Shown here: positions 52,311 through 64,000 of the stretch, piece by piece | Numbering within the stretch: the first letter of the stretch is position 1 | Layout of the letters: each line of letters opens with the position of its first letter | Assembly (NCBI GenBank): GCA_964187785.1 | Contig: OZ076409.1 | Coordinates: 34,164,001 to 34,228,000 of the forward strand | Source: Amphiscolops sp. MND2022 | Taxonomy: Eukaryota | DNA: 64,000 nucleotides | Direction: 5' to 3' | Position numbers and translations under genes: made by a program | Notes under the pieces: generated by a model | Told to the model about the DNA's origin: nothing | Database searches by the model: none | Seen by the model: the letters and a program-made list of their open reading frames with translations, nothing else

Positions 52311-52949
52311 TCCCATGAACTTAACGATGAATTACAAAAAACGTTGATCGAGCAAAGTGTTGATTTTTCTTCAACAGACAAAATTTTTGCAAACTAAACT
52401 AATTGCAACAACCAGATCTAGTTAAAAATTATCCGCCGCTCCATTTTAACTACCACTGGGTCAACGAATCGTAACAGCAATGCACACAAACTGTCTTCAT
52501 AACTTTTCTCTCCATTGCTTGCTGTAAAAATCTGTAAATGTCCATCCTTCTTCGACAAGAGAATATCGGAAAAAAAGAATATTAGAATACCATCACTACT
52601 CAGAGATATTAAATACTGAAGTTGAATATAGTTTTTAGCAGCAGTTATTGATTAAAACTTCTTTGTGCTTAAAACCTGAATGCTTTTGTGATTATATTGT
52701 ATGCTCGGACCATGTCATCTATCCCCCCAAACTGCGGCGGGGGTAAATAAGACAGAAGATTCAAATACCATTATGTCCACATAGTTTGCGTTGACATTTT
52801 GGTCCAATAAAATAATTGATGTCGACATAACCCTATCCATTACATTGACTGTCAGTTACAAGTTGCTCATTAGATTTTATAGCCCAACAAGATGTACCTG
52901 GGGGAAAAACAGAAGACATGGTCCGTATGCCTTAGTGATTGTATTGTCA

Positions 52950-53448
52950 TTTTTAGTCGGCGCTTTTCTTAAGAAAAGAGCCCGACTATTACAGTCACTC
53001 GTTTTTTTTTCTTTTTTTTTATTTAAGACAGACTCGAAGCGACGAACGTTAAAATTAACGTTCAACTACTAAATAAGTACTAAACTACTTGACCGCTAAA
53101 GGCAAACGGGGAGCGCATTCATTTACTTTTTAAACGTTACAACATACAAGCCCGGACGGGACTAAAGTTTCCCCCCCCCCCTTTCGATTTTTTTTTCGGC
53201 GCTGTGAGACTTTTTTTCGAAATTTTTTTAATGTCCCCAAAGGGTCCCCCCTTTGAGTTTTTTGTTATTTTGCTACAGAATGCGTGTTTATAAATCAAAA
53301 AGGGCCCCCCTTTTACATTTTTCGGCACTGTGCGACATTTTCCGAAAGAAATTTTTTTTTTCGAAAATTTCAATTTTTTTTCAAAAAAAATGTTTTGCGC
53401 TTTTTGAGCCTTAGATATAGCGCCGACTTGAGACGTTCCCGTCTTGTT
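52950..53448 (+). repeat. Family 1 Helentron/DINE-like element
   Basis: TTTTTAGTCGGCGC start and GCGCCGACT plus AGACG-TTCC-CGTCT hairpin end. Confidence 0.75.
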
Positions 53449-53496
53449 CATTATTATTTTGACTAGAGTGGCAAAATCAATAATTGTAAAATCAAT

Positions 53497-56400
53497 AACA
53501 AGACGCCCGCTGAGCAGCGAGATATTGTCCGCCCGAAAATGTTCTACAACTACATAAATTTGAGGCTGAAGACTAGCCATTCAACTATAAAAACGCAGAG
53601 GAGTTCGAAGAAAAGAAAACTTTGATTCATTTTAGCCAATTTTACAGGAAACCCCTAAATTATTATTTCTGCGATAGCTGGCCACTTTTCGTTTTTTTTT
53701 CGGCACTATGCGAAAAGTGAAAATTTTCAGTGAATTTTTTGAAATAATTTTTGAACCATTTTCCGCAATTTTTAGTTTTTGAGGTTTTCTGTAAAGAGAT
53801 AAGTTTCCTGAGTCTTGAGGGTAACTTCTTCGTCACTTTTGATCATATGGAACTGACGAGGTCTCTTATTGATTGTAGGAATTACCTCCGTCTTTCCGAA
53901 ACTTTCATCCGATCAAAGAGTACGATTGCTTTCATAGCTGCTTTCAGCTTGAGAAAAGTAATTTGCGAGCTGGAACTTGTTTCGCCATCACAGAACTTTT
54001 CCGGAAAAATTAAAAAAATGGATTTTTTAAATTCCTGTAGGCAAAAAGTGTTTTTCTAGTTTCAGGCAAGTTTCTTGAGGTAATTTTTGGCACCGATAAA
54101 ATGGTAAAAGCTTGGAACTAGGTCCTTTGCAAATTTAGGAAACTGAGCGATCCCGGATTGTTTTATTATTGCACATAGTTTCACCAGAAGTGTCGAAAAT
54201 TGGAAATAGTTTTGAAAACTGTGAGGTCAATTTGAGGAACTTTTCTATAAAAATCTACAGATATCTCTTCAAAATCAATTCAATCTTTCCTACTGGACAC
54301 CGAGTTTAGCTGTTGTTGAATGTGTACACCATTCTAACTCACGAAGTAGCTTGAAACAGCTTCCTTTGGAAGGTGTACTCCATATCTAGTGGTTTTGCTT
54401 GGTGATTTTTGAATATTAAGTCTCGGATAAATGAGGTCGAAATTTACGTTTCCAAGTAGTTTTTGAAAGTTGGGCAAATACACTTGTCTGATATCTTTTC
54501 GAAACACTACCGGCATCTACACATTTCAATCGTGAACCTATGGTCTTTCTGGTTGATCTTAGTTTTCAGAAAGGAACCAACATTTGGGACATGTTGCCGA
54601 AAACAAAGAAAGTTCGGAAATTTTGACACCTCTGGTGTTAACTCGATGAATTTCATCCCTCTTTTTCACCCAATTGCGTTTTGAATACCTCATTGTTTCA
54701 ACGCTCAGGTCATTGGAAGTTCTATTCTTCAAAAACTTGCATGGTTTGAACAAAAATTGGAAATAGTTTGTCAAACAACGTGCTTTTTTGTTGTTTTATA
54801 AGTTTTTGGGTGTTTGCTAAGGGCAACAATATTTGCAGTTATCTCTTCATAATTGCCTACTAGAGATACCCGGATAAGTCAGTGTTGAGTTTTTTAATTC
54901 CATTTATACATGAAGTAGCTCAAAAACAGTACAAAAAACTGCCTAAAAATGTTTAAAAAACCTGAAAATTCTCAGTTTTTTTCAGATATTTGGGTCACTT
55001 TGAGGAATATTGCGACCATAAATTAGCCAATACGTGATTCGGAACTAGTTTTATCATCTGGGGCTTTTCGAAACTTTTATTTTACAGAAATTTTCCAACC
55101 TCAAATAAACTAAAATCTCAATTTGGAGCCATTTTTTTCCGACCGAAGTCTGCAAATACTTTCCTTAAAAGCCAACTGTATTATGAGTTCAGTCCATGTT
55201 GAACGTTTGCCATTATTCTGATTCCAAAGCGATTGAAAAAGTACAAAAATTGCACAAAAACGAAGATTTTGAGTTTTTTAGAAGTGTTATCGAAGCAAAA
55301 CGCTGCAACGTTCTCTCCCACAAACGTAATTCAAAGCTCGTCCTTTCGTTGTCGAGTTGGTCGTAATGGAAGTTGGAACGAAACCTTTCGGAAAAATGTA
55401 CAGAAATCGCATCAGAAACGACAAAAATTTCAAATTTTTGACAGTTCATGGTCAATTTGAGGCCTTTTTCTTGGTCAATTTGAACTCATCACGTGACGAA
55501 AGCTCACCGATACACCAAGTTTGCTCATGTTTTAAGCGTTTTAGCAATCTAAACCACGAACTCTATAGACATTTGAAAAAGTGAACAAAAAAGAGAAAAT
55601 TACAAAATTTTGGAAATTCTGTCTTTTCGATTTCAATTCCGGACAGTTTTCGCTTGAAAAATTGCCTTTATCTCTTTACTAAGCATACTGAACAGCACAT
55701 TTGTCCCAAACTTTCCTTGTTGACCCTTTTCAACGCTCCAGGTGACGAACCTATCGAAAAGTTGGAAAAATTACATAAAATCTTTGAAAATTGGAAAAGT
55801 TTGGGGTTTTGTCATTTTTCGGTTAATTTTAGATATTTTCGTTCAGAACATTGCAATTATCTCTTCATGAAAGACTACTGAACAACCAATTGTTTATTGT
55901 TTGACCCTTTAAAACAATCCAATCCACGAAGACTGTCGGAACTTCAACAAAAAAATGAATAAATGTTTAAAAATTGGAAAGTTTCGAGAATTTTGTCATT
56001 TTCGGTGTCAATTTGAGACATTTTCATTCACAAAATTAAAATTATCTGTTCATAAAAGACTCCTGGACAAACAATTTGTTCCTTGTTGACCTTTTAAAAC
56101 ATTCCAATCCACGAAGTCTGTCGAAAGTTTAACAAATGCAAATTTGAAAATTGAAAAATTTGTGTTTTTCGTCTTTTTCTGTGTTAATTCGAGACATTTT
56201 AATTTAAAAACTGGGATAGGTTCTTTAGAAAAGCCTGCTGGACAACAAAATCTTTCATTGTTGACAAATTTTATTGTTCCAATCCACAAAGTCCGTCGAA
56301 AATTTGGAAAAATATTCATAAAAACTGTGAAAATTAAAAGTTTCAAGGTTTTTTGTCATTTTCGGTGGCAATTTGAGACATTTTCACTGAGATAACTGGA

Positions 56401-57753
56401 TGATATGTTCGGAAAAGCCTATTGGACAACACATTCCTTTCTTGTTGAACCTCTCCAGTGTTCCAATCCAAAAAGTCAGTCAAAAATTCGGAAAAAAAGG
56501 ACAAAGCTTTGAGAATTGGAAAAATTTTAGAGAATTTTGTCATTTTCGGTGTCAATTTGAGACATTTTCACTGAGATAACCTTATGAATTTTTCGGAGAA
56601 GCCCATTGGACAACACACTCATTCTTTGTTGAACCTTTCCAGCATTGCAATCTAAAAAGTCAGTCAAATATTTGGAAAAAAAGCATAAAACTTTGAAAAT
56701 TGAAAAAATTTTAGAGAATTTTGTCGTTTTCATATAGAAAACAGCAATTATCATCTCGAAAAAGCCTAGTCGACAATGAATTAGTGCCATGTTGAATCTT
56801 TTCAACATTTTAATCCACGACATTTATCGAGAAATTGACAAAAATTGCATTAAAACGTAAAAAACTGGAAATTATTGTAGTTTTTACTATTTTTGGGGTC
56901 ATTCTGGGGTCCTTGGGGTCAACTAAAAAAGTCCAGAAGACTCCACAAATACAAATCGCAAGCTTTGAAAATTGTAAAAATTATAGAGAATTTTGTCATT
57001 TTCGGTGTCAGTTTGAGACATTTTCACTGAGATAACTGGATGATATGTTCGGAACAGCCTATTGGACAACACACTCTTTCCTTGTTGAACCTCTCCAGTG
57101 TTCCAATCCAAAAAGTCAGTCAAAAATTCGGAAAAAAAGGACAAAGCTTTGAGAATTGGAAAAATTTTAGAGAATTTTGTCATTTTCGGTGTCAATTTGA
57201 GACATTTTCACTGAGATAACCTTATGAATTTTTCGGAGAAGCCCATTGGACAACACACTCATTCTTTGTTGAACCTTTCCAGCATTGCAATCTAAAAAGT
57301 CAGTCAAATATTTGGAAAAAAAGCATAAAACTTTGAAAATTGAAAAAATTTTAGAGATTTTTGTCGTTTTCATATAGAAAACAGCAATTATCATCTCGAA
57401 AAAGCCTAGTCGACAATGAATTAGTGCCATGTTGAATCTTTTCAACATTTTAATCCACGACATTTATCGAGAAATTGACAAAAATTGCATTAAAACGTTA
57501 AAAAACTGGAAATTATTGTAGTTTTTACTGTTTTTGGGGTCATTCTGGGTCATTCTGGGGTCCTTGGGGTCAGCTAAAAAAGTCCAGAAATCTCCAAAAA
57601 TACAAATCGCACGAAGCTAAAATTATGTGAGTTGAATTCTGTGTGTAACACCCTTAAAGTTAAATATAAATTTAGTGCTTGGCAAATTTTGTAAAAAAAA
57701 CCCGTTTGATTTAAATATTTTCCTTTCCCATATGAAATATGGGCGGAAAATAA
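53497..57753. repeat. Long family 2 element enclosing a tandem array
   Basis: Same two ends as 47556-48316. Confidence 0.55.
55600..57600. repeat. Degenerate tandem repeat (about 180-nt unit) with a recent 640-bp duplication
   Basis: TTTTGTCATTTTCGGTGTCAATTTGAGACATTTTCA recurs near 55990, 56350, 56535, 56990 and 57175. 56343-56960 recurs 640 nt later. Confidence 0.85.
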
Positions 57754-58824
57754 CAATGGTGTTCAGGCGTGAGGCTCACACACATTAGTCCCGAAGGAAA
57801 TTTCATTCAAATAATAATGAGCACGGGACATAACGTCCAAACGTGTTGATAGTAAATAGCGTCCAGAGAACGCAATCTTGATCTGTATCGTAACATGTAT
57901 TTGAAACTATTGGGTGCAATGTCCGTGAACGTAAATTCCTTGGGTGTATTGAGAATGCACTGACAATATTTGAAAACAATACCTAATCCTAAGAATCACT
58001 CAACTACAACAAAACTTTTTTTGGTTGCTAAAGACTTGTTCACACGTCCAATGATCAAATTTCCGTTCATTGGTGTTTTTTTATAACCGTGAGAAAATTC
58101 TGCCTGATTTCTCGAAGTTTTTCAAAACACATGATCAAGTGAGACGAGGAGGGAGGCGTTTGAATTTTAGTATCGGATGCCATCTTCTATGTCTTCATCA
58201 ATGAAGGGTTTTCCCTTTGCGTTATTTTTGACATTTTGAGTTTTTTTCAAAAATCCGAATTCAGCATTTTATTTTCGGCTTTGTGAGTTTTTCAAGATTT
58301 TCATAAAATCAGTGCTTTAGCATGATTAAAAAATTTTGCAAGTTTTAGGTCTTCTGACTTAAGACTTTCCCATCTTTTTATTGTACAAAGTATACTTTGA
58401 ATGAGGATAAAAGTAAATAATGGCACAGAAAGCAGCAAACCGGACATCATTGGATCACTGTACGGAAATGAAAATCAGTCAGGATTGTCTTGAGTCCCCG
58501 CCCCGGTGAAAGCTCAAAAAGTGCTCATGCTCATAGAAATCCTCACGATGGCCAAAAAATTTTCACACCTTTCAGTGGTAAAATATTTAAAAAAACAGTG
58601 AAGTTAAAGCACAGGTGAAATAAAAATAACATAGTTTCTAAAAGTTTCAATTGTGATTACCAGTGTCATATATAAACCACCCAGTGAGAGAGAGTCAATA
58701 TGAGTGCAATTGCCGAAACTAATCAGCAGCGCAACGAAATACTGCTGTTGAATGTATATTCAAAAAACAGAAATCGCTATTTTGATGGGAAAAAATAGTT
58801 TTACCATCTCTGATTTCAAAAATT

Positions 58825-60570
58825 TGTAACGGCAAGCAGTTATCGGTCGCTTAACACGTTAACAGAGGTGGAGGAACCTGCAGGAATGGGTGAATCGCTC
58901 GGGACAGGCGCCCATCGCCACAGATCCATTTTGCCTCCAGGGGTGAAATACGTCCCGGGGCCGCGGGTGCTTCGACGAATACTGTCCAACCTGTCCTAGT
59001 CTTTGATTGCTAATAGTAACGGGCATCTTTCTGACTCTCTAAAGACCACCGCTTAACTAGCATATAAAAACAATGCCAAGAATAAGGTAAATTTCCAGTT
59101 CCAGGGTGACATGTGAATAAGATCTAAAATTGGGGAATAAGATCTAAACTAGCGCTAGCGCTACTGAATGCAGCCAAAATCACTGAAAACACATGAAAAC
59201 AGGCACGAATATGGCAAACCACACAGCTAAAAAGCTGGGGCGCAGGGGCTCCAAGCACCAAACAAGGATCTTTAGGCGAAAAGACTCATTTTTACGGTTT
59301 CCGCTACATAGGGTAGCATAATGCTGAAAATCGATAAAACCGGTGTTAGCACCTCAAAAAGAGTCTATTTTCGGATGTTCTTGCCGTCTCTGGCTTCTGT
59401 CATGGCGGCGCGCCCGTATTTTTGCTCGTTCTTGCTCTTTGTTGTCGAAGTACCTGCCAATTTCGTGGAAACAGCGAAAAGAGCAATCACATGCTCAGTG
59501 CCACGTCACACATCGGATTAGAATTTTTGACAAAATTTCTGAACATGTCAAAGTTGCAAAATCGGTTGATATTGCTGTACCAGAGCTTGCCGTTACATCA
59601 CTCCCCGGGCTTTATGCATGACGTCCCTGTCATGCGGAGAGGCTGGCATTGAATACATCGCCACATCATGAGTGCAATCCATGGGGGTCTCAAACTGGTG
59701 ATGTTGCAACGGTCCAGTGGCACTGTCATCTTTTGCTGATTGGGCAACCATGAGGTCTTGCTTCTAGCCATCCAGAGAACCTGCATCGTCCACAAACTGT
59801 TGAAACAGAGCTAGCTCGAGAGCTAGAAAACCAGTACTCAAAAATGCACCTTGAAATTGATCAAATCCAAAATTCCATATATCAATCAAAAAAGCACCAC
59901 TTTTTTAGCACGAGTTTTCTGCAAAAGTCTGAATAGGATACTGCTAGCACTTTGGTTTTTGGACGTCTAAAATTTCTTTTACGGAGCGCTAACGCTCCAA
60001 AGCGCACGTGGTTCTCAGCAAAACATCTTTTCCACGGCAATAAAATTTCTGTTTGCAACACGGTTAAAAGTTATTTTCGCTAAAACTTCTTTTCAGCAGT
60101 AAAACCACTGTTTAAAAGGAAGACAAGCTGTTTCTTTGATACTTTTTTTTGTACAGTTCGGCTTGGTTTGGGCAACACGCACTGATGTGCAGCTCCATAC
60201 CTGTATAGAGTTCAGTAGCATCTGTCAAGGAGCGCATCAGAAGCAAACTACGAACTGCTCGTAAGAGTAAGCACTGGAGTAAAGCAGACAAAGGTAGATC
60301 AAATCTTGCCATTTGCAGATCAGGAGCGCGCGCGCTCCTTATTTTTCCGGATATCACGTTGGAATCTGGAGGAAACTTTTGGAAATCTTGGAAAAGAAAA
60401 ACAAAAATAGCACCTTTCGGGCGTAGCAATACATGTAGAGTTTTTGGGTTATTTATTGCACTGGGACTCCCCGGGCTTTAATCGTTGAGCACCTTCATTA
60501 ATATTAAGATAGCAATGACTAACAAAAAATGCGAAGAAAATGCGAGAGGATGGATTGGGCGTTGAAGACA
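58825..60570 (-). repeat. 3' LTR of element D (left end tentative)
   Basis: Starts TGTCTTCAAC right after the PPT. Candidate end ...GTTACA at 58825, where base composition changes. The partner LTR is outside the window. Confidence 0.6.
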
Positions 60571-60584
60571 CCCCTTCCCCCCTT
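60571..60584 (-). promoter_or_regulatory. Polypurine tract of element D (AAGGGGGGAAGGGG)
   Basis: Pure purine run followed by TGT, about 130 nt after the pol stop. Confidence 0.9.
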
Positions 60585-60716
60585 GAAAAGAAGTGGAGTG
60601 TGGTTCTGGCAATGGATTTCAACGCATGCTACCAGAAGGTAACAAGCAACGCGTATCAAGCACGAGATATCAGGATAGCAAATAGAAAATTAACCAAACA
60701 AAAGTTTACGTTGAAG

Positions 60717-63700
60717 CTAAGTGATGCCAGGAAATTGTTCAATACTGTCAATGGAGACATAGACGCGATCATGCAGAAATACAGTGATATCAGTTCCTGC
60801 AAAAACGTCCATGACACTATGATAAAAGTTGTCCAAACTGCGAAGTGGGCGTTCAGGGTCAACTATGGGGAAATGAATATCAGGGGTTTCGTTGGACAAT
60901 AATGAAGCTTTCAAGTGCTCCAAGCATAAGACAAAGTCATCGGTGATTTGTGGTGAACGCTGGGAGGGGCGTGTTATCATTAGGTGAATAACTTGATTAT
61001 CCATAAAAGATAATGAGGATGGGATAGTGAGGACTTCACCAACTGTTGGGCGAAGTTGGAATATTTTGTCGCTGCCACACTCGCGAAGAATGTAGCGCAA
61101 GGCAGCAGAATTGGTATTAAGGTCTGCAGGGCAGCAAATTGCCACGTGGCCCTGCACCTGCAAGAAATCAGTTTGGTCGTAAATAATGTAGTCGACCAAA
61201 TTTGGTCGTAGGGCACCAGGAAAAACAATCTGACGTCCGGGGCCTTTTTCATCAGCTAGGTCTACATGGTTCTGTCCACGAATAGCAGATAGATCCTGCC
61301 ATACGGACGGCGACAGGGACTGATTATCCACATTTGCTGTTGACCATGAATCCAGGGTACCAAGTGCAGTGTGGATCGTTACAGGCTCGGTGAAGGAATG
61401 GGTCCAATCATCCAAAAGGCGGATACGAGGGAAGCTGGCGAACAAAGTGATAATCAGCTCTAGCCACCATCGGAACCGTAGTTTTCCACGATAAAGATCA
61501 ACGATGTGGAAACACAAAATGAGTTCCTCTGTGACAACAGTCCGCAAACTTTCTAGACAGCTCCGCAAGCTGTCAGGCTGTACCAAAGAGTGAGCATGTG
61601 GGGCAGTTACAAGCAACCACCAATATTGGGCTGGGCGATACACTTCACCAGGCTGACAGGTGATGCCGTATTTGTCAGATAGGAGGTCAGCGGTGATACA
61701 GCGGACCATTTGGATGGGTTCCCTCTCATAATTGAAAGGTCCAAATACAATGTTAGGAGTGACAGGAGGCACTGTGACGGCAAGCGTGAATTCCAATCCG
61801 CGGAGATCGCTTGTCCACTCTTTGAAGCGAGGACAAGGTTCCTCAGCAATCTTGGATTTAGATAATTCTTCCAGCACGACGTCTACAGGGAAGATACGTT
61901 CTCGTTCTAGACCGGTGTATGTCTTCTCTGCGCGGATGACCACGCGACTGACAAGAAGCTTACCATTGTGGATAAAAGGTTGAGGCTTTGGATCCACCGG
62001 AGCTTTCACAGGTCCAAGTGGGATAGTGGGCGATTTGTTCAGAGCCATGACACAAGTGCAATCGCGGAACCCACAGGTTCCACATCGATATCGAGGTACT
62101 CGATTCCGGCGTAAGCCATAGTGTGGGTTAACCTGCGTTGCGCCTTGGTCAACATCGGATGTAAGGTGCGCGGTGGGCGCATCAGAGTCAGAATCGGATG
62201 TAATTGATGGCTGTGTGTCATTTTCACGAGCTGTTTGCCGTGAAGAAATAGTGTGTCCTCGTGGCCTCCGAGGAGGTCGTCCTCGAGGACGTCCTCTGCG
62301 ACTGGGAGTCCTTTGAGCGCGCACGCTCACGTTCTGCGACCGGGAATTTGTTGCTCGTGTCGAACAACGAGATAGAGCAGCTCGCGATCTGCCCCTGCCA
62401 CGCGTGCTAGGGACATTGTTCCGAGCAGTTGGCTCCTTGGTGTTGGATAACTCGGTGTCACGGGTTTCAGTGTTTTGGAGGTTGGAGGTACCATTCGGCA
62501 ATTGGGGAGTACTAATAGGCACATCCGTCAATGTAGGATTTGTCAACAGAGGAGCAGATGTACCCGCTAGTGATACTTCGGCTTCTCCAGTTGCAACGGG
62601 AATATCTTGCGATTGAGGTACTTCCGGAAAAACTTCAGATTCGGATAAAAATGGAAGCTCATCGGCAGGTTCAAATGACCGAGGTTGTTCATCGGGAGGC
62701 ATTGAGGCTTCGAATAGCGCCGGAGGTTCTGCCTGGGAATGATCTCGGGCATCTGACAGCAAGTCGTCAGAGCGCGAACGCTCTGGGTCGGAACTGGAAT
62801 AATCAAATTGCTGATAGTGGAGACGACTGCCTCCAGCTCGCATTCTAGTACGCAACCTGGTGTCCATCCAGTGGCGTCTCCTTGATGGTAGCGATACATC
62901 TGATGCTTCAGAGAGCGGTTCTTCCTCGCGACATGAGGGTTGTGAGCAGTCATCTCGGATCTCCTCAGCAGAGTGCTCAGGCTCAGGATCCATGACAACG
63001 ACCACTTCGCCACTCCCCGAGGGAAGCGCAACAAACTCCGTAGGGCCACCATGATGAGGTTTCAGCCGCTCAAAGTGCACTTTTTGTCCTGAGTCCAGGA
63101 TATAGACGCGGCCATCTTGTAGTACATGGACAACCTTGTGCGGACCACGCCAAGCTCTCATCAACTTCGGTGATCCTTTTTGAGGCACATAGCGGCAGAA
63201 TACCCAAACGGGGTCTCCCACATTGTATGCGTTTGCACGAATAGCTCGATCATATTTTAGTTTTTGACGTTGTTGCGCCTGATGCGTGTTTCTACGCACC
63301 AAGTCATGAATTTCTTGCTGACGAGCAAGAATATGCTCCACATAAGCTCCGTGCGATTCAAATGATCTGGCTGCGAACTCCGGATACAGATAGGTGAGAG
63401 GAATAGCCTTTTCGGTCCCTCGGGTCAGCATGTAGGGTGAAAACCCAGTCGTGGCGTGGCGCGTTGAGTTATACGCTCCCATGACTTCATCCAAATGCTG
63501 GTCCCAATCTCTCATGCGACGCGAGCAGAATACCCGCAACAAAGTCAGCAAAGTCCGATTTTGTCGTTCAACCAGGCCTTGGGTGCGCGGGTGACCCGCC
63601 GTAGAGGTAACTTTTGTGACCTGAGATGCCCTCATGAACTCATTGGATACCTCTGCAGTCAAGTTGGGGGCATTGTCTGATTGCATCCGCGTAGGCGTGC

Positions 63701-64000
63701 CGTGTCTGGCAAACCATTTCTGCAAAAGCAACCTAGACGTGGTCACTGCATCGTAATCCTCATGGCTGCAGGGTACAGCCTCCGCAAACTTGGAGAAATG
63801 GTCAATTATTACCAATATGCCGGTGTTATTGTTATCGGAGGGGCATATTTTCAGATGGTCATACTGGACCAACTCATTGAAATACCCACTTTGGATATTT
63901 TTCAAGTGAAACCGAACGTCACCCGGCCTGTCACGTACTTGCTGGCACGTGAGGCACTGACTCACGTACTGACCAACACTGCGGCGAATACCTGGCCAGG
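60717..64000 (-). CDS. pol: 3' part of Ty3/Gypsy pol (element D): integrase with about 780-aa extension including tandem macrodomain-like folds
   Basis: WPGIRR...CLTC, YDHL, IDHFSKF, QSDNAPN, QGLVERQNRTL, WRGPH. The frame is open to the window edge. Confidence 0.93.
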   Translation of the reverse strand, partial: WPGIRRSVGQYVSQCLTCQQVRDRPGDVRFHLKNIQSGYFNELVQYDHLKICPSDNNNTGILVIIDHFSKFAEAVPCSHEDYDAVTTSRLLLQKWFARHGTPTRMQSDNAPNLTAEVSNEFMRASQVTKVTSTAGHPRTQGLVERQNRTLLTLLRVFCSRRMRDWDQHLDEVMGAYNSTRHATTGFSPYMLTRGTEKAIPLTYLYPEFAARSFESHGAYVEHILARQQEIHDLVRRNTHQAQQRQKLKYDRAIRANAYNVGDPVWVFCRYVPQKGSPKLMRAWRGPHKVVHVLQDGRVYILDSGQKVHFERLKPHHGGPTEFVALPSGSGEVVVVMDPEPEHSAEEIRDDCSQPSCREEEPLSEASDVSLPSRRRHWMDTRLRTRMRAGGSRLHYQQFDYSSSDPERSRSDDLLSDARDHSQAEPPALFEASMPPDEQPRSFEPADELPFLSESEVFPEVPQSQDIPVATGEAEVSLAGTSAPLLTNPTLTDVPISTPQLPNGTSNLQNTETRDTELSNTKEPTARNNVPSTRGRGRSRAALSRCSTRATNSRSQNVSVRAQRTPSRRGRPRGRPPRRPRGHTISSRQTARENDTQPSITSDSDSDAPTAHLTSDVDQGATQVNPHYGLRRNRVPRYRCGTCGFRDCTCVMALNKSPTIPLGPVKAPVDPKPQPFIHNGKLLVSRVVIRAEKTYTGLERERIFPVDVVLEELSKSKIAEEPCPRFKEWTSDLRGLEFTLAVTVPPVTPNIVFGPFNYEREPIQMVRCITADLLSDKYGITCQPGEVYRPAQYWWLLVTAPHAHSLVQPDSLRSCLESLRTVVTEELILCFHIVDLYRGKLRFRWWLELIITLFASFPRIRLLDDWTHSFTEPVTIHTALGTLDSWSTANVDNQSLSPSVWQDLSAIRGQNHVDLADEKGPGRQIVFPGALRPNLVDYIIYDQTDFLQVQGHVAICCPADLNTNSAALRYILRECGSDKIFQLRPTVGEVLTIPSSLSFMDNQVIHLMITRPSQRSPQITDDFVLCLEHLKASLLSNETPDIHFPIVDPERPLRSLDNFYHSVMDVFAGTDITVFLHDRVYVSIDSIEQFPGIT

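Noticed and set aside
55600..57600. CRISPR array, or genes in the repeated ORFs
   Set aside because: Eukaryotic context, the inter-repeat sequence is itself repeated and there are no cas genes. The ORFs are repeat by-products.
60540..60902. 120-aa plus-strand ORF
   Set aside because: Antisense to the pol end, PPT and LTR start, with no recognisable motif or homolog in the window.

Overview
Eukaryotic, AT-rich, probably invertebrate animal genomic DNA (spliceosomal introns, one 200-N gap), dominated by Ty3/Gypsy LTR retrotransposons. Element A (1640-6155, -) is a short-LTR Mag-like element with a tRNA PBS, a PPT and a 5-bp TSD. Elements B (~8582-21704, -, decayed) and C (25579 to at least 41616, +, nearly intact) are two diverged members of one unusual 13-16 kb lineage. 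After gag-pol, each carries (i) an antisense, intron-containing gene of about 1200 aa that looks like a catalytically dead BED-finger hAT transposase, with three intron positions conserved between B and C, (ii) a divergently oriented sense ORF that runs into the LTR, and (iii) a conserved G-U-tolerant RNA hairpin at the LTR start, with no canonical PPT (checkable only in C) or tRNA PBS visible. Element D (~58825 to beyond 64000, -) has an integrase extended by tandem TARG1-like macrodomains. Host content is a multi-exon UDP-glycosyltransferase gene (44706-52310) and a ubiquitin-like pseudogene (~8117-8520). The window also holds a LINE 3' fragment, tRNA-derived SINE heads, two Helentron/DINE-like non-autonomous families, a minisatellite array and a Polinton-like remnant. 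All family calls come from motifs read by eye; no searches were run.
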